64,000 nucleotides of DNA. It comes from Desulfatiglandales bacterium (GTDB lineage: Bacteria; Desulfobacterota; DSM-4660; Desulfatiglandales; Desulfatiglandaceae). Below the pieces are notes generated by a model. The model ran no database searches. It saw only the letters and a program-made list of their open reading frames with translations, and was not told the DNA's origin. Positions 20,522 to 32,773 of this stretch are shown in pieces. Where the stretch lies: assembly GCA_963662465.1 (NCBI GenBank), contig OY759599.1:3744001-3808000 (forward strand). The letters run 5' to 3'. The stretch's first letter is position 1; each line of letters starts with the position of its first letter. A program made the position numbers and the translations under genes.

Positions 20522-21718
20522 TCATTCTTCACTCTTCAGCGCCTTGGCCCGGTCCAGAATCAAATACGCCACCTCTATTTTTCCCATGAGCGGGGAATCT
20601 TCCACCCGACCGTCGGCGTAGATGATTTTGACCGCATTGGTGTCGGTTTGAAACCCTGCGTCCTTCCTGGAGACATCGTTTGCCACAATCATATCCAGGT
20701 TTTTGGCCGTTATCTTTTTTTGCGCGTTTTTTAGGAGATCCTCCGTTTCCGCCGCAAAACCCACCAGTATGCAGGGATGGTCCTTTTTGGTTTCTCCCAG
20801 AAGCGCCAGGATGTCCGGATTTTTAACCAGTTCCAGGGAAAGGGCATTCGCCCCCTTTTTGATCTTCTGTTCCGCTTTGTCCCTGGGCCGGTAATCCGAC
20901 ACGGCGGCGGCCTTGATGATGATGTGGCAACCCTTTCGATGGTCAAAAACAGCTTGCTGCATATCGTAAGCGGTGTTGACGGGACAAAAAATGATCCCGG
21001 GCGGCGGTTTCAGGGCTGTGGGGCCGCTCACGAGAACCACTTCGGCGCCCCTTCTAACGGCGGCTCGGGCCAGGGCGTAGCCCATTTTTCCCGACGATCG
21101 GTTGGTGATGTATCGCACCGGGTCGATAAATTCCGTGGTGGGACCGGCCGTTACCAGAATTTTGAAACCCTTGAGGTCTTGTTGCGAGAGCAGAATCAGG
21201 GCCTGTTCCAGGATATCGGCGGGGTCTGGTAACCGCCCGGGTCCGTTGCTGCCGCAGGCCAGTTCGCCGCTGCCGGGGGGCATAATGAAAAAGCCCCGTT
21301 TTTGGAGTAGGTTCAGGTTATCCTGGACCGCCGGGTTCATAAACATGCGATCGTTCATGGCAGGGCAGATCAGGATTTTTGCGGTTGCGGCCAGCATGCA
21401 GGTGGACAGAAAATCATCGCCGATGCCGTGGGCGATTTTTCCGATGATGTTGGCAGTGGCAGGCGCGATGATGACAAGATCCGAATCCTGGCCGCATCGA
21501 ATATGGTCCATGGCCATGTCTTCCCGATCAAACATGCCGGCGATCACCTTGTTCCCGGAAAGGGTCTCAAAGGTGAGCGGCGTCACAAACCAGGCGGCGC
21601 TCTGTGTCATGGCCACTTCCACCTGAAGATCCGCTTTGATGAGGAGCCGTACCAGCTCCGCTGCTTTATAGGCGGCGATGCCGCCGGTAACCCCTACCAG
21701 AACTTTTTTTCCTTTCAC
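20522..21718 (-). CDS. coaBC: Phosphopantothenoylcysteine decarboxylase/ligase
   Basis: TGGIAAYK, APATAN, PAMN, TAGPT.E.IDPVRYITNRSSGKMG, GFAAET motifs. Confidence 0.97.
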   Translation of the reverse strand: MKGKKVLVGVTGGIAAYKAAELVRLLIKADLQVEVAMTQSAAWFVTPLTFETLSGNKVIAGMFDREDMAMDHIRCGQDSDLVIIAPATANIIGKIAHGIGDDFLSTCMLAATAKILICPAMNDRMFMNPAVQDNLNLLQKRGFFIMPPGSGELACGSNGPGRLPDPADILEQALILLSQQDLKGFKILVTAGPTTEFIDPVRYITNRSSGKMGYALARAAVRRGAEVVLVSGPTALKPPPGIIFCPVNTAYDMQQAVFDHRKGCHIIIKAAAVSDYRPRDKAEQKIKKGANALSLELVKNPDILALLGETKKDHPCILVGFAAETEDLLKNAQKKITAKNLDMIVANDVSRKDAGFQTDTNAVKIIYADGRVEDSPLMGKIEVAYLILDRAKALKSEE

Positions 21719-21928
21719 GGTTCTCCTTCATTTCAACTCTTGTCAGCTTGATCCAGATATGACTTCAGTGATTTTAAAAAAATAACGGCGTCAGTTTAGA
21801 AGACTGAGAACTCAGTGTCAAGATGCAGAACATGCCCTGTCGCAATCCAACAAAAAATTTTGCCCTTGAGGGTTCTAAAGCGAGCCACTATGATGTCATG
21901 AAATTGTTTTTTAAAGTGAGGTGTTTCA

Positions 21929-22834
21929 ATGGAAAAGATTGATTTTGATCTGAAGCAATATGAAGCCGATTTCGAAGCGCTTCAACAGTATGAACATCAT
22001 GCGGTTGAAGACCTGAAACGGGTGGCAGGCCTGGCAGCCTGGCTCCCCACCAATTATGAGAGATACTATTTGTCCCGGCTTCGCCTTTCAGGCATCAAGG
22101 ACAAAAACCGGATTGTACTGCAGAATGTGGCGGATCTGCACATGCACACCCAGTGGTCTGACGGCGACGATCTCGACAGGGTGCTGGATCGAGCCCTGGA
22201 AGTGGGACTGGATGCCATCGCCATCACCGATCATGATGAAATCGAGGGGGCCTTTGAGGCCCGGCGGCGGGTCCATGAGCGGCGTTTGCCCCTGGCGGTG
22301 GTTCCGGGAACCGAAGTCTCCTCCCTTGATGGGCACATCGGCGCACTTTTCGTGATGAAGAAGATTCCAAGGGATCTCAGCGCCGCCGAAACCGTGGATC
22401 TCATTCATGAGGCAGGCGGCATTGCCGTGGCCCACCATCCCTACTCGCCCAAATGGTTGAACACGCTGCTCCGAGTGCAGCTGGGGTGCGGAGATTTGAT
22501 TAAAAGCGTCCCCTTTGACGCCATCGAGTGTACCAATGCGGTGCCGGGATCCGGGGTCAAATATAATATTGCCGCCATTGACGCCATGCGAAAACAGCAC
22601 ATCAGCGTGGCTGTTACCGGGGGAAGCGATGCTCATTTTGCCGGGTTTGTGGGTAAGGGGAAAACCTACTACGGCGGCAATGAGGGGATCTTATCCCTGT
22701 ATTACTCACTCACCCTGGGGTTTACCCGAGGGGCCGAGGGATATTGGCGGACCCGGGAAAAAGGCTATTATTACCTCCGGCTGATCAGGGCCATGATTCG
22801 CAATGCCTATCGAAAAACCGGCTCGGTAAATTAG
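21929..22834 (+). CDS. PHP-domain metal-dependent phosphoesterase
   Basis: DLHMHT..SDG, AITDHD, AHHP, GGSDAH motifs. Confidence 0.88.
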   Translation: MEKIDFDLKQYEADFEALQQYEHHAVEDLKRVAGLAAWLPTNYERYYLSRLRLSGIKDKNRIVLQNVADLHMHTQWSDGDDLDRVLDRALEVGLDAIAITDHDEIEGAFEARRRVHERRLPLAVVPGTEVSSLDGHIGALFVMKKIPRDLSAAETVDLIHEAGGIAVAHHPYSPKWLNTLLRVQLGCGDLIKSVPFDAIECTNAVPGSGVKYNIAAIDAMRKQHISVAVTGGSDAHFAGFVGKGKTYYGGNEGILSLYYSLTLGFTRGAEGYWRTREKGYYYLRLIRAMIRNAYRKTGSVN

Positions 22835-22995
22835 CGTCTGAACGAAAACCTCGTTTCGTCCAAAGGCCAAGCTGGAGCCGCCATCCGCAACATTAGAAAA
22901 AATATGAAGACTGCATTGCAGTTGATTTCCGCGCCGGCGGTAGATATTTCCTGCTATCTCGGCAAGACCCGTTGCAACTCAAAATTGTTTTGCTT

Positions 22996-24457
22996 TCAAT
23001 GTTTAATCTCTTGATGCGCATTGTATTTTTTTATCCGGTGCCTGAGGGTATTCCGGCTGATACCCAGCATCGCAGCGGCCTTGACCTGATTGTTTCCGCA
23101 CTCTTCAAGAACTCTGGAGATAATGGTTTTTTCAACGGTTTCAATAATATTGGCATAAATGCCCTGATGTTGAAGTTGCATTATGTCCGGCAGAATGGAT
23201 TGCACTTTTTCTTTCAGCCGGTTCATCACCTGTTCATGGCTTACAGACTGAGCATTCTTCTCATCATGTTCTTCCAGCACTTCAACATGTTCTTCCGTGA
23301 TCAGGTCCCCGGCACAGAGAATGACTGCTCGACGGATACAGTTTTCCATTTCCCGAACATTTCCAGGCCAGGAATAGGCGCTAAGTTTTTTTAAAACGCC
23401 TTCAGAGACATGCCGGATGGGTTTGTTGTATTCCAGCCCGAATCGGGCGATGAAATAGTCTGTTAATTCCTTGAGGTCTCCCTCTCTTTTTCTCAGGGGC
23501 GGAAGATCAATGGTGATGACCTTCAACCGCCAGTAAAGGTCTTCTCTGAAATGACCTTTCCGGATGGCCAAAGGAAGATCTTTGTTGGTTGCGGCAATAA
23601 TTCGGGCATCCACTTTTATGGTTTTTCTGCCGCCGAGTCTTTCGAATTCGCCTTCCTGCAGAACACGGAGCAATTTTGCCTGCATGGCCATCGACATGTC
23701 CCCGATTTCATCCAGAAAAAGCGTGCCGCCATTGCATCGCTCAATTTTACCGATTTTTGTCATATGGGCATTGGTAAAGGCGCCGGGCTCATAGCCGAAC
23801 AGTTCGCTTTCAAAAAGCTGTTCCGGTATAGCGGCACAATTAACAGCAAGAAAAAGGCCTTGCTTTCTTCGGCTGTGATGATAAATGGCTTTTGCCGCCA
23901 GTTCCTTGCCGGTGCCGCTTTCGCCGCAAAGTAAAACCGCTACATCCTTTTCAGCAATCTGGCCGATGGTTTTATAAACATCTTGCATGGGTTTACTGCG
24001 GCCGATCATTGTCAAGGTCCCTTTTTTGGGGGGGGGCTGCCATGGGCGATAGCGAATTCTCAAGACAAACGACTTCCTTCATCCGGCGGTTTAATTCCAA
24101 GGCTTCGCTGACAATGCGGCTGAGTTCCTTTCTTTCAAAAGGCTTGTTCAGATATTCATAGGCGCCTCGCTTCATGGCTTCGATGGCGGTATCGGTATCG
24201 CCATAGGCGGTCATGATAATAATCGGAGTCTTTACCTGTGCTTTCTTAATTTTTTCCAAGGTCTCCAGTCCATTGAGCCCCGGCATTTTATAATCGAGCA
24301 TAATTAGATCAAAGCCGTCATTAGCAATGATTCGGATAGCGTCTTTACCGTTAAGACAGCTGGTAACCTCGTACCCTTTCCTGTTAAAAAAGCGGCTTAG
24401 AAAATGGGTCAATCCTTCGTCGTCGTCAATAAGTAATATCTTTTCAATAAGCATCAT
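22996..24457 (-). pseudogene. sigma54-dependent response regulator (REC-AAA-HTH), frameshifted at a C9 tract
   Basis: The REC domain (ORF 23993-24457) and AAA-HTH (ORF 22996-24063) join in frame if one base is removed from the G9 run at 24028-24036 (+ strand). Confidence 0.85.
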
Positions 24458-24458
24458 T

Positions 24459-26288
24459 TTATTCCGGTTTGACCGGGAGAAAAAGCGAGACCACAGCGCC
24501 GCAGTTTTCCCGGTTTTTTACACGGATTTCTCCATGGTGTCTTTTGACCGTGTTTAAAACCATTGGCAGCCCAAGACCCGTGCCTGAAGATTTTGTTGTA
24601 AAAAACGGCTCAAAAATAGAATTAATGTCTTCCTGCAAAATTCCAGGACCCGAATCGGAAATATCGATCCGGATACAAGCGACCTTATTTTTTCCGGAAC
24701 CCAATGCACCCATTCGGGCAGTCACTTGAATCCCGCCTTTCTTCGGCATGGCTTCCAAAGAATTGATAAAAAGATTGATGATTGCCTCTTCCAGTAATTT
24801 TTTATCTGCATCCATCGGCGGCAAATCCGCATCTACACGGACTTTGATTTCACATTCCTGTTTGTTGGCCAAGGGTCGTATCAAAGACACGATACCGGCA
24901 ATCAGGTGGTCAATATAAAGTTGAGAAAAATCCAGTTCCTTTGGTTTTGTATACTCCAGCAATCGGTTGATCGCTCTTTCAATCCTTGAAATTTGATCCA
25001 TTGCCACCATAAAATCCTCTACATATTCCCGTGAAATTTCAATTTCATCCTGGATGGATTCCAGAAACAGTTTAAGCGAGGTTATCGGCGTCCTTATCTC
25101 ATGAGCTACCGCCGCTCCCAGGCGACCTATTGTAGCAAATTTTTCCGAACGTTCAGCAATGAGTTTGAACTGGCTTAATGTATGATCAACTTCTTTGAGT
25201 TCAGCCGCCTTTAAATTGAATTTTTCTTCCAGGAAGTCGTGCCGCTGTTGAATCTTTTGGGCCATGTCCACAAAAGCTCTGCACAGGACGCCGATTTCGT
25301 CCCGGCGGCTGGTCTGGATCATTTCCGAATTAAAATTGGCCATGGCAAGCGTACGGGCCGATCTGCTGAGATTGCGCACCGGCCTTACAATATGATAAGA
25401 AATCACCCAGACCAGAATCAATGCGCTGCCGATGGACAGAAAGATTGTGAAATAAACATGATCTTTCAGGATGTTCATGCTTCCAAAGGCTTCCTCACGG
25501 TCCTGCTCCACCACAAGATACCAATCCGTATCCCCGACTTTCCTGGAGGCGCCCAGAACTTCAACATTTCGATAGTCTAGATAAATTTTTTCCCTGTCCC
25601 TGCCGCCGAAAATATTTTTGAAGCTTTCAGACTGGGAGATGTTTTCCGTCAATATGCGCCGGGGTTCTTTGTGGGCAAGAAAGGTTCCGTTATTGTCTAC
25701 CAGATAACATTCACCGGTTTGCCCCAACGAAACCTGCAAAATGATCGTGATAATTTTATGGGTGCCCACAGTGCCTATAACTCTTCCCACAAGGGCGCCG
25801 TTGTTGAAAATTGGGACGGCAATCCGGAAGGTGGATTCTCTTTGCCTGGGTAAATAGGTGATGGAAGAAATGATCAGGGGGTCGCCGGCGCCTGAGACCG
25901 GAGGGCAATGCGCCACGGATGAAACCGGGGACTGGGTGCTGAAGATTATTTTATTTTCAGCGGAAACAACGGTGAGCGTGTCGTACACTTCATAATGGGT
26001 TTGAACCAGTTCAAGATAGGGCTTAATCACCGACGGATCCATGGATTGAACCAGTGATGTTCCCGCAACCACCTGTAGGTCTTTTTTGCGTTCTTCCAGC
26101 CATCGGTCCAGGATGATGACTTTGTCGGCCGCAACATTTTCAAGCTGGCGCATTACCAGGTTACCGACGAGCGATTCCGTGGTCATGATCGAAAAAATGC
26201 CTATGGTGGCCAGAGGAGCAAGGACGAGAATTAGAAACAGAATAACCAATTTGGCCCTAAGGGTAAACAGGGTTTCTAAAAAACTCAA
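24459..26288 (-). CDS. Membrane sensor histidine kinase (Cache-HAMP-HisKA-HATPase)
   Basis: Two TMs, HAMP (RRDEIG), AHEIRTP, N/G1/F/G2 boxes. Confidence 0.92.
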   Translation of the reverse strand: MSFLETLFTLRAKLVILFLILVLAPLATIGIFSIMTTESLVGNLVMRQLENVAADKVIILDRWLEERKKDLQVVAGTSLVQSMDPSVIKPYLELVQTHYEVYDTLTVVSAENKIIFSTQSPVSSVAHCPPVSGAGDPLIISSITYLPRQRESTFRIAVPIFNNGALVGRVIGTVGTHKIITIILQVSLGQTGECYLVDNNGTFLAHKEPRRILTENISQSESFKNIFGGRDREKIYLDYRNVEVLGASRKVGDTDWYLVVEQDREEAFGSMNILKDHVYFTIFLSIGSALILVWVISYHIVRPVRNLSRSARTLAMANFNSEMIQTSRRDEIGVLCRAFVDMAQKIQQRHDFLEEKFNLKAAELKEVDHTLSQFKLIAERSEKFATIGRLGAAVAHEIRTPITSLKLFLESIQDEIEISREYVEDFMVAMDQISRIERAINRLLEYTKPKELDFSQLYIDHLIAGIVSLIRPLANKQECEIKVRVDADLPPMDADKKLLEEAIINLFINSLEAMPKKGGIQVTARMGALGSGKNKVACIRIDISDSGPGILQEDINSIFEPFFTTKSSGTGLGLPMVLNTVKRHHGEIRVKNRENCGAVVSLFLPVKPE

Positions 26289-26336
26289 AATAATAACACC
26301 TTCCTTTTTATCCTTTGCTCGTTTGCCGGTGATGAA

Positions 26337-28925
26337 TTACCGTCTGTAACATACCAGCTCCTGGGTTACCACATCAGATTGAACAATTAATTCACGATTT
26401 TTCAGATCAAAGACTTTCACCATCGGGGCAAACCGCTCTTCCATGGGAGAAATCCGGTCAAGGGTATTGGGCAGGGATGAAAGCCATTCCGGATGGAATG
26501 CCTCATCGGTGTTTTCCGGATAGACCGCTGCATAGAAAATTCCCGTTTCCGTAAGATCATGAAAAAAATGAGTGCCAAAGGATAGATCCGGCACCATACT
26601 GCCTGCCTGGTAGCTGATTTCCGCAAGGGCTGTCATGCGATTGATTTCCGAGAAGGTCACGGGGACCCCCATGGCCGGGGTTTGCGTCCCCCACCTTCCC
26701 GGTCCCATGAGCATTGTGGGATTGTTCCTGGGGTCCGCAATTTTCTTATTGAGTTTGCCGATCAGTCGAGCCACGCTGTATTTCTCCGACAGAGAAGCTG
26801 TTGCATAATTTTGCGGGTCCACCCAGATAATGCAGGCAATGGGCAAAGAGACATTTCCTCCCATGAAATGGCCCTTGGCTCGAATAAATATTTTTTCAGG
26901 GTTTATGGTTTCAGGGACGTCGATGTGGAGAGTGTTTCGGATGATTTTAAACGGCCGGCATTGCAGAAGATTGATCTGAATTTCATCCGCGGGGTTGTGG
27001 TTGACTGTAAATTCAATCTCTACGGGTACTCCGTAGGCATTCTCAATGGTTTTGAGCATCCGGCTCATGATGGGAACAAAGGGAGTGTTTGTCAAAAAAT
27101 CATCAAAGGTCAGAATCCATCGATCTTCCTGAAGCATACCTGTTTTGGCGCCATAGCTTGCGGCTTGACTGTCCTTGATTGCATAGGCTGCCAGACGAAT
27201 ATCGGATTTTTTCCCGACAAGTTCCCACAGAGACAGGGTTTCAAGCGTATTGGCGGTCAGGTCCAGATAGTCTACATAATGCTGTGAATATTTTTTAATA
27301 TCCTGAATGCCGGCCAGAGGTTTTGTCGTAGGGTCATCCATTGCCACAATGCGTGGATAATCATATTCAACCCGGTTAACAGCCCGGGTCCCGAGTCCCA
27401 AGACCAACCGCAGCATGCCGGCGTCAGCATTCATGCTTTTTTTCCAGACATAGGGATTGTGGGAAAGGCCCACTCCGGCAAGTTCCGGAAAAAAACAGTC
27501 CTGATGTTCCGCACCCGAAACCCTCTGAACCATGATGGCCATCTGTTCGTCCATCTGGTCGAGACCGCGTTGGAGGCGATAGGCCAGGGCATCCTCATTC
27601 ATGGTTCCGGCAAAGATGCGCTTGATTGATTCTTCGAAAATCTCATACCGTTTTTCCGGAGATGTCTGGTTGACGCAAAAAAAACTGTCATACCGGCCCG
27701 CAAAAGCGCTGCCGAAGGAATCCTCCAGAAGACTGCTGGATCGGACAATGATGGGCGACTGGCCAAAGTATTCGAGCATGAGTCGAAAACGTTCCCGGAT
27801 TTGTTCAGGAAAGGTCCCCCCAAGGATTTTATCTTTCAGTTCCGAAGCTTTAGAAAAATAGCCTTCCTGGGTTTTCTGCGCCATAAATATCTTCCACCAG
27901 CCGTTTTGAACAATATAAGAATAAAATACATCCGAGCCTATATAAAATGAGTCATGGCGCTCTAAAATGGATTCCCAGCCGAAAGTCCCGTCTTTGAGGA
28001 GCATTTGTCGCGACAGAAGCATCCCGAGGGCTTTACCGCCTATAAAACCTGTTCCGATCAATCGTTCTTTTATGTAAAGCAGATCCTCTAACGTCAGGAA
28101 CCGTCTAATCAATAAAAGAAGCTGTTTATTGCGGCTGAGCAGGAGACGGCTGAGCTGCTCTACCTTATCCTCTTTTTCCCCGGGATCGGCCGGGCTTTCC
28201 AGAAGATTTTGCGCCTCAATGAAAAGATGGTCCCAGTAATCGAGTATTCTTTGAGAATTTGTGGTTTTTTCGCGCAAAAGGCCGGCGAACAGCCGGGTGG
28301 CCTCCATACTGTTTATCAACGGCGCCAGGATATTTTTTTCCTTGATGTGGGGAAAGTACATGGTGGCGGAATACCGATCCTTGATTTTTATGGGATGCAC
28401 GCACAGTTTGCGCTTATAACTGTAGACATCAATGAGTACCTGTGTGGTTTCCCGAATGCTTGCAATAGCCTTGAAGGAATGACGGTTTCGTAAAATTGCA
28501 AAATAGGCAATGGCATTGAGTTCAAACAGGTAGGGGCAGGTGACAAAAAAGAAATTGATGATCATCAAATCAGTGGCCCATTCATGGAGCAGATCGGAAA
28601 GGGAGTCAAATACATAAAAAATATTTTCGCCTTCCCGGGTGATAATGCTGTGTACCTGTGCGGTAAAGGATTCAAAGCCGCTGGTGACATCCAAGTCGTA
28701 TCTTCGGATATTGCGTCGTGATACCAGCAAAGGCGAGTGACGGGCAAACCTTATGTAAATCACCTTCTCATTGCCGGCTGCCGCGTTATTTACAAAATAT
28801 GAGACCAGCTTGCGATAGGCGTCCAGGTCGTCCACCTGCCAGACCACGTTGTCTCCCCAGCGCAGATGGTCGATGATATTGTCCAGGCTCTCCCAGCCCG
28901 TGCTCACATGTGAGTAGTATGCCAT
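26337..28925 (-). CDS. PEP/pyruvate-binding (PEP-synthase-like ATP-grasp) domain protein
   Basis: IGGKALG, VRSSSLLED...FAG.Y.S, GLGTRAV, LLQCRP, SFGTHFF motifs; this family is commonly next to gdhA. Confidence 0.82.
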   Translation of the reverse strand: MAYYSHVSTGWESLDNIIDHLRWGDNVVWQVDDLDAYRKLVSYFVNNAAAGNEKVIYIRFARHSPLLVSRRNIRRYDLDVTSGFESFTAQVHSIITREGENIFYVFDSLSDLLHEWATDLMIINFFFVTCPYLFELNAIAYFAILRNRHSFKAIASIRETTQVLIDVYSYKRKLCVHPIKIKDRYSATMYFPHIKEKNILAPLINSMEATRLFAGLLREKTTNSQRILDYWDHLFIEAQNLLESPADPGEKEDKVEQLSRLLLSRNKQLLLLIRRFLTLEDLLYIKERLIGTGFIGGKALGMLLSRQMLLKDGTFGWESILERHDSFYIGSDVFYSYIVQNGWWKIFMAQKTQEGYFSKASELKDKILGGTFPEQIRERFRLMLEYFGQSPIIVRSSSLLEDSFGSAFAGRYDSFFCVNQTSPEKRYEIFEESIKRIFAGTMNEDALAYRLQRGLDQMDEQMAIMVQRVSGAEHQDCFFPELAGVGLSHNPYVWKKSMNADAGMLRLVLGLGTRAVNRVEYDYPRIVAMDDPTTKPLAGIQDIKKYSQHYVDYLDLTANTLETLSLWELVGKKSDIRLAAYAIKDSQAASYGAKTGMLQEDRWILTFDDFLTNTPFVPIMSRMLKTIENAYGVPVEIEFTVNHNPADEIQINLLQCRPFKIIRNTLHIDVPETINPEKIFIRAKGHFMGGNVSLPIACIIWVDPQNYATASLSEKYSVARLIGKLNKKIADPRNNPTMLMGPGRWGTQTPAMGVPVTFSEINRMTALAEISYQAGSMVPDLSFGTHFFHDLTETGIFYAAVYPENTDEAFHPEWLSSLPNTLDRISPMEERFAPMVKVFDLKNRELIVQSDVVTQELVCYRR

Positions 28926-29036
28926 TTATATTTTTTCCCGTAGGCTTGCCGGCCCGTATATAAAAAGAATGACTCGAAGACCTGCTGACTGCCTTGCGAA
29001 TCATTCTTTTCCCGGTTCAAATAGAGGATGTACCCT

Positions 29037-30404
<1,368 letters not shown>

Positions 30405-30411
30405 TTATTTG

Positions 30412-30957
30412 TTAGTTTGCGTATTGATATTCCATGACATCATAATTTCCGTCCTGTTTAATCGTGTATATCTTTGCCGATTTCTGACTGCTTTCCTGGG
30501 AAGAATGCTTCATTTTGTAGTAGGCAATATCGTTGCTGGTAATGCCATCGATCCCCACAAACTCCCTTTCAAGTTCTTTAAGACTGTCAAACCCGCTTCC
30601 AAAAAACGGCAGCTTGGAAAAATAGGGCTGTGGGCTTTTTATGTCCGCCACAACGGCAAAATGGCTTGGAAACATCGGATCCCCTATGACCAGAAGAAAT
30701 TTATCCGCGGATTTTGCAATCTGATAGTCAGGCGGAATTTTTTCTTTTTGGATCTCAAAAAAATATTCCCGCAAAATGGATCCAGCCTCCACAAAATCTA
30801 CGTCATCTGCGGATAAAAGATCCGAGCACGAAAAAAAACCGAATACATACAATGCAATGCTGAAACTGCTGATCTGTTCATAAATGGGTTGTTCTCTATC
30901 GCACATTGTTGTGATTTCTTTCATTCGTTCTTTAATAAGAAGCCCGTTCCGATTCAT
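30412..30957 (-). CDS. Hypothetical protein, first gene of the gdhA operon
   Basis: Start moved to ATG 30957 (AAGGGGG RBS) because the ORF-track start lies upstream of the sigma54 promoter. Confidence 0.65.
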   Translation of the reverse strand: MNRNGLLIKERMKEITTMCDREQPIYEQISSFSIALYVFGFFSCSDLLSADDVDFVEAGSILREYFFEIQKEKIPPDYQIAKSADKFLLVIGDPMFPSHFAVVADIKSPQPYFSKLPFFGSGFDSLKELEREFVGIDGITSNDIAYYKMKHSSQESSQKSAKIYTIKQDGNYDVMEYQYAN

Positions 30958-31057
30958 GATAATCCCCCTTCTCTCCAAATGGATCATGCTAATGCCTTCT
31001 GTACAGGAGACTGTTGCAATAGCCTTTGTACGAGTAACGCGTCTTAACAAGAAGCAG

Positions 31058-31074
31058 AGCAAGAGACATGCCAA
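31058..31074 (-). promoter_or_regulatory. sigma54 promoter for the hypothetical-gdhA operon
   Basis: TTGGCATGTCTCTTGCT, a close match to the consensus. Confidence 0.75.
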
Positions 31075-31354
31075 ATTCAAAGAAAAAGAATGTGCGATGT
31101 AACACATTTAAATTATGCAATAATTTGCAATCTTATCGTAACTGCGCCGATAACGGTGGTAAAAATTCAATCTGCTTATTTTGTGTCAGGACTTGAATTT
31201 TCCGGGATGAGCTCTGTAGAAAAGGATATACGGAGGGATTCGACAATATGTTCAAAATTTGCACAGGATGGTGGAAATACAGCACGGAATCGAAAAAAGG
31301 GGGGTTCATCAGGTTTTCTGTAACAAAAAACAAGAAGTTCATTGACAAAAAAAC

Positions 31355-32773
31355 TTAGCCCATTTTCGGGTCTGGGACGTTTTGATAGCGCTTAATCTTT
31401 CGAAGCAGTGTTTTGTAGTCAATCCCAAGCCTTCTGGCGGTTTCGCTTTTGTTGCCGCCCGTCTGGATCAGGGTTTGCCGGATGGTTTTTTGTTCGATAT
31501 CGTCTCGGATGCGGCCGATGGTTATTTTGAGGGGTTCTTTGCCCTCATAGGGTTCAGAAAACGGGGAGGGTTTTTCTATTGGCTCATCTGCCGGATGAGT
31601 ATTGAGGGTCAGGTGAACCGGTTCGATGGCCATGTTCTCTTCGCACAACAGCACGCTTTGGCGGATAGCGTTTCGCAGTTCCCGAACGTTTCCCGGCCAA
31701 GCATAGGCTGATAATGCCGCCAATGCTGCTTTGGACAGCCCGGCACATTTTTTGTTCAGCTCCTTTTCCACTTCAGTTTTAAATTTTGTGGCCAGATAGG
31801 GGATATCTTCGGTCCTTTCCCTGAGAGCGGGAATTTTGATGGTAAATTCATTGAGGCGAAAATAGAGGTCCGATCGAAACTTGCCGCTTGCCACATCCTT
31901 TTCGAGGGACTGGTTGGTCGCCGCCACGATGCGACTTGAAATGGGCGTCGGTTCTCCACCTCCCAGGCGTTGGATCTTTCGTTCCTGAATCGTTCGAAGC
32001 AGCGTCTGTTGTACCGAATAGGGGAGATTTCCCACTTCATCCAGGAACAGTGTTCCGCCTTGCGCCAATTCGAAATGTCCGATTTTGTCCGTATGGGCGC
32101 CGGTAAACGCTCCCTTCCGATAGCCGAAAAGTTCACTTTCAATGAGGGTTTCGGGAATGGCCCCGCAATCCACTGCCACGAAAGGCCCGTCCTTGACCCT
32201 GCTCAGATCATGAATGGCGCCGGCCACAAGTTCTTTTCCCGTACCGCTCTCCCCCTCGATCAGGACCGTGAACGCGGTTGGCGCGACCTTTTTTACGTGC
32301 CGAACCAGGGTTTTGACGGCATCGCTTTGCCCCATGCGCTCGTAGAGGGGGGGGCGATCGTTCAGCATGTGTTTTAAGTGTGCTACTTCCTGCTCAAGGC
32401 CCTGTTTTTCCAGTGCCCTTTGAATGGCAAACATGAAATTGTCCGGGTTAACCGGTTTGGTAACGTAGTCGTAGACGCCCATTTTCATGGCTTTGACGGC
32501 GATTTTGATCTCTGCGTATCCCGTTATAATGACGATGGGCGCTTTCGGCGACAGGCGTTTGATTTCTTCGGCAATTTGAAGACCGTCCCGTCCCGGCATG
32601 CGGTAATCCAGCAGGACCAGATCCGGGCGATCATTTTTAAAGCGTGAAAGGGCTTCTTCTCCGTCCCGGGCCTGAAGGACCTCGTAATCCGTTTTTTCCA
32701 GCATTTGGGTTGTCAGCCAGAGGAAATCCTCATTGTCATCCACCAGCAGTATTTTCTTTTTGGGTGTACTCAT
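31355..32773 (-). CDS. sigma54-dependent response regulator (NtrC/AtoC family)
   Basis: REC domain, GESGTGKE, GAFTGA, WPGNVREL, Fis HTH. Start MSTPKK overlaps the stop of the upstream gene. Confidence 0.93.
   Translation of the reverse strand: MSTPKKKILLVDDNEDFLWLTTQMLEKTDYEVLQARDGEEALSRFKNDRPDLVLLDYRMPGRDGLQIAEEIKRLSPKAPIVIITGYAEIKIAVKAMKMGVYDYVTKPVNPDNFMFAIQRALEKQGLEQEVAHLKHMLNDRPPLYERMGQSDAVKTLVRHVKKVAPTAFTVLIEGESGTGKELVAGAIHDLSRVKDGPFVAVDCGAIPETLIESELFGYRKGAFTGAHTDKIGHFELAQGGTLFLDEVGNLPYSVQQTLLRTIQERKIQRLGGGEPTPISSRIVAATNQSLEKDVASGKFRSDLYFRLNEFTIKIPALRERTEDIPYLATKFKTEVEKELNKKCAGLSKAALAALSAYAWPGNVRELRNAIRQSVLLCEENMAIEPVHLTLNTHPADEPIEKPSPFSEPYEGKEPLKITIGRIRDDIEQKTIRQTLIQTGGNKSETARRLGIDYKTLLRKIKRYQNVPDPKMG

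Noticed and set aside
22834..22862. TGAACGAAAACC.CGTT shared with the hairpin at the hemC end, as an IS end
   Set aside because: The match is short, with no partner end or target duplication identified.
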